Origin: Solirubrobacteraceae bacterium
Lineage (GTDB): Bacteria > Actinomycetota > Thermoleophilia > Solirubrobacterales > Solirubrobacteraceae
Length of the DNA stretch: 64,000 bases
Reading direction: 5' to 3'
Assembly (NCBI GenBank): GCA_036495605.1
Contig: DASXMO010000145.1
Coordinates: forward strand, 3,604-67,603
Part shown: one piece after another, positions 37,323-51,277 of the stretch
Layout of the letters: the number at the start of each line of letters is the position of its first letter
How positions within the stretch are numbered: the first letter of the stretch is position 1
The notes under the pieces: model-generated
What the model saw: only the letters and a program-made list of their open reading frames with translations
What the model was told of the DNA's origin: nothing
The model's database searches: none
Made by a program: the position numbers and the translations under genes

Positions 37323-38451
37323 TGAGCTGCCCCAGTTCCAGGCTGCGGATCAGAGCGGTGGCCTTGGATTCCGAGTACAGCGAATGGTCGAGCAGCGAGT
37401 GCCGACGCAGCGGCGAAAGCGTCGAGGCGCTCACGCCGGAGACGTAGTTGCTGCTGTACAGCTTGATTCCGCCCGGGAGCTGATAGGGAAAGCCGTTGTA
37501 GAGCGTGACCAGGCCGCGGGAGTTCGTGCCGATGAAGTAGACCGACTGCGCGGCCAGGTAGGCGCCGCTGGCGAGTAGGCCAAGCACCACCAGCACGATC
37601 GCCACGGGCGCCATGCGCCGCAGACGCCTGCGCTTGACCGCCTGCACCGACGCCGGTGCGGGCATACGCGGTTGGCGTGCTCGCACCGGCGGCGCCTGCT
37701 CGCTCGTCTCAGGCGCGAGCCGGGACGCCGGCGCGGAGGGATCCTCAAGCCGGAAGAGGACGACCGTGATGTTGTCGCGCCCGCCGGCCTCGTTGGCCGC
37801 TGCGATCAGCGCCTCCCCGAGATCTTGCAGACACGGGTGTGCGCGCATGATCTCGGCGAGGCGCTCCTCGGAGAGCATCGTCGTCAAGCCGTCGCTGCAC
37901 AGCAGGTAGACGTCCCCCGAGCGGGCGCTGTAGGAGCGTGTGTCGACCTCGACCGAGGGCTCAGGTCCGAGGGCGCGCGTGATCACAGAGCGCTGGGGGT
38001 GATCCACGGCTTCCTCGGGCGTGATCTTGCCCTGGCGCATCAGCTCGTCGACGAGCGAATGATCGTCAGTCAGGCGCTCGAGCTCCCCCGCGCGCAGGCG
38101 GTAGGCGCGACTGTCGCCCACGTGGGCGATCGCGACCTCCTCGGGCGCGACGTACACCGCGGTCAGCGTCGTGCCCATCCCCGCGTGCTCGGCGTTCGAA
38201 TGCGAGAGCTCGTGGATGCGGGAGTTCGCCTCGCCGGCCCGCTGTGCGAGGCCGCTCTCGGGCGCGGCGGTGTCGCCCAGGCCCTCTTCGAAGACGTCCA
38301 CGGCCAGCCTCGATGCGACCTCCCCCGCCTGCGCGCCGCCCATCCCGTCGGCGACCACGAATAGCGGCGAACGGGCCAGCAGCGAGTCCTCGTTCGCGCG
38401 CCGCTGGCGCCCGGTGTCGGTGGCGGCGTACTGCTCGGCTACGCGCAGCAT
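37315..38451 (-). CDS. pstP: PP2C-type Ser/Thr phosphatase (PstP/Stp1)
   Basis: RRANED, VADGMGG, HVGDSRAY, LCSDGL, GGRDNITV; TM helix. Confidence 0.88.
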   Translation of the reverse strand: MLRVAEQYAATDTGRQRRANEDSLLARSPLFVVADGMGGAQAGEVASRLAVDVFEEGLGDTAAPESGLAQRAGEANSRIHELSHSNAEHAGMGTTLTAVYVAPEEVAIAHVGDSRAYRLRAGELERLTDDHSLVDELMRQGKITPEEAVDHPQRSVITRALGPEPSVEVDTRSYSARSGDVYLLCSDGLTTMLSEERLAEIMRAHPCLQDLGEALIAAANEAGGRDNITVVLFRLEDPSAPASRLAPETSEQAPPVRARQPRMPAPASVQAVKRRRLRRMAPVAIVLVVLGLLASGAYLAAQSVYFIGTNSRGLVTLYNGFPYQLPGGIKLYSSNYVSGVSASTLSPLRRHSLLDHSLYSESKATALIRSLELGQLSE

Positions 38452-38559
38452 CAGCTCGCCGTGCTCATGGTTGCCTGCACCTCGGCGCACGGCGCATCCT
38501 CGTGGGCAAGGTTCAATGCGCGCGTCCTGCGAAGGATCTCAATGGGGGCTTGCACGGGC

Positions 38560-39066
38560 TCAGTCGACCTCGAAGGTGAACTCCGAGTCGCCGATCCTGA
38601 CGCGATCGCCGGGATGCAGCGGTCGGGGTGTCTCGAGCAGCTCCTCATTGAGGTAGGTGCCGTTTGTGGATCGCAGATCCTCGATCACCAGGATGTTGCC
38701 CTGCCGGTAGACACGGGCGTGGCGGGAGGATGCGAAGGGATCCTCCAGGCGTATCTCGGCCTGATCGCCGCGGCCCAACACGACATCCTCGTCGAGGTCG
38801 TAGATCATGCCCGGTTCGTGGCCGCTCGCGCGCTCCACCACCAGCCGCGGCGATCGTCGCGATAGGTCCGCGACTGCGACTGCGGATGCGGAATGCAGAC
38901 CGGTCGCATCGGGTGCAGCGGGAGCGCCGGCGGGGGACGGGAGCCCGGGCGAGGATGCTCCGCGCAGGTCGCGCAGCGCGCTGCGCGCCACCCACAGCAG
39001 GAACAGGTAGAGGACCGCGAGAAAGCCGAACTTGAGCGCCACGGAGACTGGGGCGAGCGTCGTCAT
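38560..39066 (-). CDS. FHA domain protein (FhaB-like)
   Basis: N-terminal TM helix, GR...ASSRHA...STNGT FHA motifs. Confidence 0.85.
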   Translation of the reverse strand: MTTLAPVSVALKFGFLAVLYLFLLWVARSALRDLRGASSPGLPSPAGAPAAPDATGLHSASAVAVADLSRRSPRLVVERASGHEPGMIYDLDEDVVLGRGDQAEIRLEDPFASSRHARVYRQGNILVIEDLRSTNGTYLNEELLETPRPLHPGDRVRIGDSEFTFEVD

Positions 39067-39857
39067 GAGATGTCGAACACGATCTCCGTGGAGCCCAGCT
39101 CAATACGGTCGCCGGCGTGCACGGGGTGTGGTCCGCGGATGTCGCGACCGTTGACGCGTACGCCGTTGGTCGATCCGAGATCGGCGACGATCCAGCCGTC
39201 CTCCGCGGGACGGAACTCGGCGTGCCTGCGCGAGACGCCCGTGTCCTCGAGCACGATGTCGCAATCACGACTGCGACCGACGACACCACCCCCGGGCGGT
39301 ACCGGCAGGCGCCTGGCGCCGACTGACAGTAGCGCCCTGGCGGGCCGTCTCGCGCGCGCCTCCTCGACGGGGCCGCGCATGCGCGCCGAGCTGCTGTAGA
39401 TCATCGTCTGCCCATGTTCGTCGGGAGGCTCCACCGGCTGCACGTCGCTGGCCAGCTCCACGGAGGAGTCCTCCTCACTGTGACCGTCAGCCCGGACAAG
39501 CCGCGCCTGGATTCCGAATTCGCCGAGTGAGAGGTCCTCGTCGGTGTGGAAGGAGATCAGCGGCTGCGAGGCGAGGATCAGGTCCTCGCGACGCGCGTGC
39601 TCGAGCAGGTAGGCGCACAGCTCGTCGATGACCTCGTGTTCGACGCCCTCGTAGCGCGCGCGATCCTGAGGCGAGAGCCACACCGAGTACTCGTTCGGCG
39701 CGTAGGTGCGCGAGACCGACGCGGTTCTGTGCTCGTCCATCTCCCGCGCCAGCTTGTGCGCCAGTTCGATCGGGCGCACCTCTGAGCGAAACACGCGTCC
39801 GAACGCGCCTTCGACGAGATTGGCGATCCTGGTCTCGAGTGCTCTCAGAGGGTTCAT
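39063..39857 (-). CDS. DUF3662 plus FHA domain protein (FhaA-like)
   Basis: RSEVRPIELAHKL DUF3662 segment; GRS...VSRRHA...GSTNG FHA motifs. Confidence 0.85.
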   Translation of the reverse strand: MNPLRALETRIANLVEGAFGRVFRSEVRPIELAHKLAREMDEHRTASVSRTYAPNEYSVWLSPQDRARYEGVEHEVIDELCAYLLEHARREDLILASQPLISFHTDEDLSLGEFGIQARLVRADGHSEEDSSVELASDVQPVEPPDEHGQTMIYSSSARMRGPVEEARARRPARALLSVGARRLPVPPGGGVVGRSRDCDIVLEDTGVSRRHAEFRPAEDGWIVADLGSTNGVRVNGRDIRGPHPVHAGDRIELGSTEIVFDIS

Positions 39858-39923
39858 GGGACAAGCGCCGCAGGCCGCTGTCGACCTCGGGTATTGGCAC
39901 TCTAAGGGTCCTCGGCTAGGACC

Positions 39924-41846
39924 CTAAGGATGACGAACGGAGACCGGGCCGCGCAGGGCGCGCCCGGCGATCGCGACGGCCGCGCCGGCGATCGCCCCGA
40001 GAACCGCACCGCGTGGCTGCGCAAGCGCACCGCGGGCGGACAGCCCGGCGTCGCAGTAGGGCGTAGCGGCCAGCAGCGCAGTCGACCAAACGAGCGCCGC
40101 GATCGTGTCCCGGAGCGCGCTCGAACCGCGCACCACGAGCGGTAGCACGACGGCGGCAGCAGCCCACAGCGCCGCTCCACACACGAGTCCAATCGTGAGC
40201 GTGGGGACGAGGACGTGGGCAGCGGCGCTGTCGAGCGAGCCCTCCCACACCGGGCGCGACGGCGCCGAGATGGGTGCTCCCAGCCACAGGCGGGACCCCT
40301 GCCCGCTCCTCGCCAGCAGCGGCTCGGCGAGCGCCAGCCACCAGTAGCCCAGGGCGCCGTAGAACGCGCGACGCGACCATCGCTCGGCCTGTCCCGCCAC
40401 CGCGGGATAGGCGCCTGCCAAGCCCAGGAGTCCAAGCGCAGGGGCGAGGGCCGCGGTCAGCCAGCCGAGACCGGGCCGCGGTCCCAACAGCAGTAGAGGC
40501 GCAGTCGCTGCCAGCACCAGCAGGGAGACCCCGGGTCGCCCCGCTGCCACCTGCCAGGCTGCGAGCGCGAGCACGCACCCGGCCCACACCGCGCGTGGCA
40601 GTGGAAAGCCGCGTGAGCGATGCTGCTGGTGAGCTGGGGCGTCGGGCGTCGAGCCGCGGTCCGGTAGGAAGTCGCGTTCGATCGGGACCACTGCTGCACT
40701 CGGGCGGATCCCCATAGCGCGCTGCTCGTCGGTCCTGGAAGGGTGTGCCAGTGTCGCCTGCTGGGGGTGCTGGGGCTCGTGCGGAGTGTGCTCAGAACGC
40801 CGGTCTTTACGGTGCAGCAGGCCGTGCCCGCGAGTCGGTCTCTCGGTCAGGGCGAGCTCGAGGGCCGAGCGCAGCTCGTGCAGCGTTGCCCTATCTGCAG
40901 GCTCGACGGCGAGCGCCGCATCGATGGAGTCGGTCAGGGCCCGCGGCAGGTCGGGACGGCGAGCGCCGAGCGGCGGCAGCGGGCGTCCGATACGCCGGGC
41001 GGTCGCCGTAGGGGTCGGCCCGCGTACCGGGTTGACCCCGGTGAGGCCCTCATACAGCACCAGAGCGAGCGAGTACACGTCCGCGGCCTCGCCGATCTGG
41101 AGGCCTTCACTCTGCTCGGGAGCCATGTAGGCGAGCGTGCCGAGCGTCTCTCCGGTGCGCGTGAGCGCCTGTTCGTCGGTGAGACTTGCGCCGCCGAAGT
41201 CCGTCAGCTTGACCGGCGTCTCATGGGCGCCCGGGTCGTAAGGCACGAGCACGTTCTGGGGCTTGACGTCGCGATGGATGACTCCCCGGGCGTGGGCGTG
41301 AGCGAGCGCGTTGGCGAGCGTCACGCCGATCTCGAGCAGTTCCTCGTCGCAGAGCGCATCTTGGGCTATGAGCTGCGCGAGTGTTTCGCCCTCGATGAGC
41401 TCTGCGACGAGATAGAACGCGTCGTCGTCCACGTAGGCCTCGTACAGCGCCACGATCGCCGGATGCGCAAGGCGCGCGGTTGCGAGCGCCTCGCGTGAGG
41501 CGCGCTCTCCGGCGCGCGGTTCGGCGTCTGAGGAACGGGAGGTCGGCGGGTCTGGTGGCAGCGGTATCCGCTTGAGCGCGACCTCACGATGCAGCTGCTC
41601 GTCGTGGGCGCGCCAGACCACTCCAAACCCGCCGGCGCCGAGACGCTCGATCAAGCGGTAGCGACTGTGCAGGAGCGCGCCGGCTGAAGCATGCGGCGCA
41701 TCGAGCACTCTGCTGTTGGCGCTCTCTCCAGAGCTTGCACGCACCACCGTTGGCGACTCTGAGAGCCTCTCGCCGGGCGTGGTCTGCAGCGCGGTCGCGC
41801 CCCGCGGTCGCTGCTCCTGGACAAGGGTCTGCGAAGAGTCGTCCAC
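39924..41846 (-). CDS. Ser/Thr kinase with a polytopic membrane C-terminus
   Basis: GAGGFGVVW, VALK, HRDVKPQN, DFG, GTLAYMAPEQ; start position uncertain. Confidence 0.82.
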   Translation of the reverse strand: MDDSSQTLVQEQRPRGATALQTTPGERLSESPTVVRASSGESANSRVLDAPHASAGALLHSRYRLIERLGAGGFGVVWRAHDEQLHREVALKRIPLPPDPPTSRSSDAEPRAGERASREALATARLAHPAIVALYEAYVDDDAFYLVAELIEGETLAQLIAQDALCDEELLEIGVTLANALAHAHARGVIHRDVKPQNVLVPYDPGAHETPVKLTDFGGASLTDEQALTRTGETLGTLAYMAPEQSEGLQIGEAADVYSLALVLYEGLTGVNPVRGPTPTATARRIGRPLPPLGARRPDLPRALTDSIDAALAVEPADRATLHELRSALELALTERPTRGHGLLHRKDRRSEHTPHEPQHPQQATLAHPSRTDEQRAMGIRPSAAVVPIERDFLPDRGSTPDAPAHQQHRSRGFPLPRAVWAGCVLALAAWQVAAGRPGVSLLVLAATAPLLLLGPRPGLGWLTAALAPALGLLGLAGAYPAVAGQAERWSRRAFYGALGYWWLALAEPLLARSGQGSRLWLGAPISAPSRPVWEGSLDSAAAHVLVPTLTIGLVCGAALWAAAAVVLPLVVRGSSALRDTIAALVWSTALLAATPYCDAGLSARGALAQPRGAVLGAIAGAAVAIAGRALRGPVSVRHP

Positions 41847-42001
41847 CGGATGGCGCGTTCGCCGCCCGCAGGCGCCCTCCCTGCACGAAAGCGAAGGATT
41901 ATGCTCGTTGACCGAGAAGTTGCAGGTTCACGGGCCGTACGGAGGGCAGTCATACTGATGCCCTGCGCATGAACAAGTCCCTGCAAAGGAGCACATAGCT
42001 T

Positions 42002-43120
42002 TTGTCGTTCTTTGACGACGGGGAGGAGACAGCGACTCGCCCCGCAGCTCGCGCGCCACGAGCGCCACAGCGGCCTCGCCCACGCCGTCCGCGGCACGGG
42101 GGGGAGCCCGATTCGCATGAGGAGCACACCGTGATGGTGCGCCGTCGCGTGGCGGCCGGAGTCGGCGTGGTGCTGCTGATCGTGATCGTGCTGATCGTCA
42201 ACGGCTGTCTGAAAAGCCAGAAGACGCAGGCGCTGAAGGACTACACGAGCAACGTCTCGAGGATCGTGACGGCATCCGACCAGCAGGTCTCCCAGCCGCT
42301 GTTCGCGGCGCTCTCGGGCGCGAGCTCCAAGCCGGCCCTGAACGTGGAGACGCAGGTCAACCAACTGCACCTGGAAGCCGAGAAGCAGGCCTCTGAAGCA
42401 AAGGGGCTGAGCGTGCCCGGCGAAATGAGCTCCGCGCAGCGCAATCTCCTGCTGGCGCTCGACCTGCGCGCGGAAGGGGTCGAAAAGGTCGCCAACCTGC
42501 TGCGGACCGCGCTGGGAGGGCAGGCCAAGCAGGCGAGCACGACGATCGCGGGCGACATGGAGAACTTTCTCGCCTCGGACGTGATCTACTCCCAACGGGT
42601 CGCGCCGCTGATCGAAGAAACATTGAAGGGGGCCGGCGCCAGCGGACAGACGGTCGCGAGCACGCACTTCCTGCCGAACATCGGCTGGCTGGAACCGAGC
42701 ACGGTGCAGTCGCGCATCACCGGCCAGGCCGCCTCCGCGGCGAACGCACCGGTGACCGGCAACCACGGCAGCGCGCTGAAGGGGGTGAGCGTTGGCGCGA
42801 ACACGCTGGCGGGCGAACCTACGCTCAACCACATCAGCGGCGGCAGCAACCCGACGTTCACCGTACAGGTCGAAAACTCCGGCGAATTCCCCGAGACGAA
42901 CGTCAAGGTGAATGTCACCGTCACCGCCGCCGGCAAGCAGTATGCGGCCTCGCACACGATCGAAAAAACTGAACCCGGCAAGACGGTCAACGTCGACATC
43001 CCGGTGACCGGCGTACCGCTCAGCGCGGCATCGAAAGTCGAAGTGAAGATCGAAGCGGTGCCGGGCGAGAACGACACCGAAAACAACAAGAACACCTACC
43101 TGGCGATCTTCGGCAGTTAG
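42002..43120 (+). CDS. Hypothetical membrane-anchored protein with a C-terminal CARDB/Ig-like domain
   Basis: AAGGAG RBS, TM helix, VQVENSGEFPETNV...ENNKNTY. Confidence 0.6.
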   Translation: MSFFDDGEETATRPAARAPRAPQRPRPRRPRHGGEPDSHEEHTVMVRRRVAAGVGVVLLIVIVLIVNGCLKSQKTQALKDYTSNVSRIVTASDQQVSQPLFAALSGASSKPALNVETQVNQLHLEAEKQASEAKGLSVPGEMSSAQRNLLLALDLRAEGVEKVANLLRTALGGQAKQASTTIAGDMENFLASDVIYSQRVAPLIEETLKGAGASGQTVASTHFLPNIGWLEPSTVQSRITGQAASAANAPVTGNHGSALKGVSVGANTLAGEPTLNHISGGSNPTFTVQVENSGEFPETNVKVNVTVTAAGKQYAASHTIEKTEPGKTVNVDIPVTGVPLSAASKVEVKIEAVPGENDTENNKNTYLAIFGS

Positions 43121-43194
43121 CACGCCGGCGCGGGATCGTCGTTGGCGGGCGGTGTGGATTGCGTGCCCGCCCGGCGCGCTAAGTTGTCACGAGC

Positions 43195-43734
43195 ATGGCG
43201 GGCGCGATAACCGACACCCAGGGAATCGTCGCGCTCGCCGCCGCCGCGCTCGCCGTGCTTGCGCTGCTCACCTGCGGCGTGCTGGCGCTGTCGGTTCGCA
43301 GGCTCAGGCGCTCACAGAAGCTCGTGCTGGGCGATCGCGAGGCACGCGACGTGGTTGCTCATGCCGCGGACATGCAGGGTGCCTTCGAGGCGCTCCGCGG
43401 GTACGTGGAGGACGTCGCGGCGCGCCTCGATGGGCGCTTGGCCAGCGCGGAGACGGCGCTCCACGGAGCGATCGCCCACCGCTCGCTGGTTCGCTATGAC
43501 GCCTACAACGAGCTTTCCGGGCAGCAGTCGATGTCGATCGCGCTGCTGGACGACGCGGGCTCGGGGATCGTGCTGTCGTGCATCCACCATCGCGATCAGG
43601 CCCGCGTGTACGCCAAGCAGGTGCACGATGGACGCGGCGAGCTGGAGCTCTCGCCCGAGGAGGCGGAGGCGGTGCGACTCGCGCTGAACCCGGCCGGAGG
43701 GCGAGCCGATGTCGCCGGACAGCCGGCAGGCTGA
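43195..43734 (+). CDS. DUF4446-family protein
   Basis: TM plus coiled coil; LVRYDAY...GQQSMSIALLD...GIVLS...YAK...LSPEE. Confidence 0.7.
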   Translation: MAGAITDTQGIVALAAAALAVLALLTCGVLALSVRRLRRSQKLVLGDREARDVVAHAADMQGAFEALRGYVEDVAARLDGRLASAETALHGAIAHRSLVRYDAYNELSGQQSMSIALLDDAGSGIVLSCIHHRDQARVYAKQVHDGRGELELSPEEAEAVRLALNPAGGRADVAGQPAG

Positions 43735-44785
43735 GCGCGCGACGGGGCAGCGGCCCGCGCGCGTCGGCTACCTCGGGCCCGAGGGCACCTTCAGCGAGGA
43801 GGCGCTGCTGAGCAGCGCCGCGCCCGGCGCGGTCGAGCCGGTGGCGCTGAGGACGATCTACGAGACGATCCTCGCGCTCACACGCGGCGAGGTGGAGTGG
43901 GCTCTCGTGCCCATCGAGAACTCGTTGGACGGCTCGATCAGCGTCACCCTGGACATGCTCGGAAGCGAGGAGGGGGGACTGCGGATCGTCGGCGAGGCCC
44001 TGCTGGTCGTCAGGCACTCGCTGATCGCCGCCGAGGCGGTGTCGCTGGGTGAGATCGACACGGTTTTCACCCACCCGCAGGTGCCGGGTCAGTGCGAGCG
44101 GTTCCTGCGCGGTGAGCTCAGCCAGGCGGAGGTGCTAGCGGCAAGCTCGACCGCGGAGGCGGTGCGGATGGTAGTCGAGGGTGGACAGCGCAGCAACGCT
44201 GCGCTGGGGACGGTGCTCGCGGCCGAAATCTACGGTGCGACGGTGCTGCGCGAAGGCGTCCAGGACAGACACGACAACGAAACGCGGTTCGTGTGGCTTG
44301 CGCGAGCCGGCGACGGTAGTTGTGATGCCTTCGCAGCGCCGCCGGCGAGCCACGACGCCTCGCCTGGCACCGGGGACGCCATTGGCGCTGCGCCCTTGCG
44401 ATCCCATCAGGGCGAGGGGTGGAAGACATCGCTGGTGTTCTGGGGGCCTGGGGCGGACAGTCCCGGATGGCTCGTGCGGTGTCTTGACGAGTTCGGCAGG
44501 CGTTCGATCAACTTGACGAAGATCGAGTCGCGCCCAAAGCGCGATCGGATGGGCAGCTACATGTTCTTCGTCGACCTCCAGGGCGCGGTGCGCGATCCGC
44601 CGATCGCGGACGCGGTTGCGGGGCTGAAGCAAATCTGCGAGCAGGCGCGCGTGCTCGGGTCCTATCCGATGAACGGGTCGCCGGGCGTGGGGTCGAGCAC
44701 CGTCAAGCCGAGCCCTGGAGAGGCGGCGGGCAATCGCAGCGGGGTGAGCATGCCCTCGCTACACTCCGGCGCTACAGATGGATAG
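43709..44785 (+). CDS. pheA: Prephenate dehydratase
   Basis: YLGPEGTFSE, VPIENSLDG, HPQVPGQC, NETRF, LTKIESRP ACT domain. Confidence 0.92.
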   Translation: MSPDSRQAERATGQRPARVGYLGPEGTFSEEALLSSAAPGAVEPVALRTIYETILALTRGEVEWALVPIENSLDGSISVTLDMLGSEEGGLRIVGEALLVVRHSLIAAEAVSLGEIDTVFTHPQVPGQCERFLRGELSQAEVLAASSTAEAVRMVVEGGQRSNAALGTVLAAEIYGATVLREGVQDRHDNETRFVWLARAGDGSCDAFAAPPASHDASPGTGDAIGAAPLRSHQGEGWKTSLVFWGPGADSPGWLVRCLDEFGRRSINLTKIESRPKRDRMGSYMFFVDLQGAVRDPPIADAVAGLKQICEQARVLGSYPMNGSPGVGSSTVKPSPGEAAGNRSGVSMPSLHSGATDG

Positions 44786-45353
44786 CACCGTTCCACCTGT
44801 AGTACTGAGGTCCGTGCCGCCACCAGAGCACCGGCGGCGCGGACCTGACAGTGGCCGGGTGCTCGTACTGAACGCGACGTATGAGCCGATCAATGTCTGC
44901 TCGGTGCGCCGTGCGGTGGTGCTGCTGCTGAAGGAGAAGGCCGAGCTGCTCGAGCGTGGACGCTGGGAGCTTCACTCGGAGAGCTCCACGCTCGCGCGGC
45001 CCGTGGTGATCCGGCTCGTCAGCTACGTGCGCGTACCGCGCGACGCCCATCGACGCAAGATCACCAGACGCGCTGTGTTCGCACGCGACGGCTGGGCCTG
45101 CCAGTACTGCGGCTCGCGCTCGAACCTGACCGTCGACCACGTGATCCCGCGCTCCAAGGGCGGCAGCTCCAGCTGGGAGAACATCGTCGCCTCGTGCGCG
45201 CCGTGCAACCGGCGTAAGGGCGACCGCTTGCCTCGCCAAGCGGGGATGCATCCGCGCCACGCCCCGCGCACCCCGCGCGCGGAGATCTTCATCCACGTCG
45301 CCTCGCCGACGATTCCGGCCGCCTGGCTGCAGTATCTGCCGCAGGCTGCGTAG
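44778..45353 (+). CDS. HNH endonuclease (McrA-like/HNH_5)
   Basis: VLVLNATYEP; CQYC...LTVDHVIPRSKGG...WENIVASCAPCNRRK. Confidence 0.88.
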   Translation: MDSTVPPVVLRSVPPPEHRRRGPDSGRVLVLNATYEPINVCSVRRAVVLLLKEKAELLERGRWELHSESSTLARPVVIRLVSYVRVPRDAHRRKITRRAVFARDGWACQYCGSRSNLTVDHVIPRSKGGSSSWENIVASCAPCNRRKGDRLPRQAGMHPRHAPRTPRAEIFIHVASPTIPAAWLQYLPQAA

Positions 45354-45404
45354 ACGCTCGGCTGGTTCGGGGCCGCGAGGCGCTCCCATCCCGCGTAGCC
45401 GTGC

Positions 45405-45570
45405 GCCCTTCAGGATGGCGCCGTGCGGGAGAGGCAAGAAAGAGACAGACCCACACTGCGGACATAGCGAGGGGCACCCTCGACAGGATGCCCCTCGCGG
45501 ATACGGCTGTGACTGGAAAGACCGAGGCGACTCGCTTGCGCGCTTGAGCCGGAGGGACCAGGTCCGGAGG
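45405..45570 (-). ncRNA. Putative 6S-like long-hairpin ncRNA (strand uncertain)
   Basis: Strong apical hairpin at 45467-45498, irregular outer pairing with a central bubble, and minus-strand segments CGCAAGCGAG and GCACGGCGCCATCC that resemble 6S RNA arms. Judged by eye only. Confidence 0.4.
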
Positions 45571-45730
45571 TCGTCTCGGGGTGTCCCGGGTTGGATTCCG
45601 CCAAGCGGTCCAGCCTCCGACCTAGCGGCCGGTCACCTCCAGGGTCCCGCGAGAACTGTGACTAAGCGTACGGACCACCTCCTTTCTCTGGTCTGGCCAG
45701 AGTAGCGAACGGAGGTGACGTGCGCGACCG

Positions 45731-48283
<2,553 letters not shown>

Positions 48284-48290
48284 CTACGCC

Positions 48291-51240
<2,950 letters not shown>

Positions 51241-51277
51241 CGGACAGCACCCCGGTGGCACTCAGCTCGAGCGAGCC

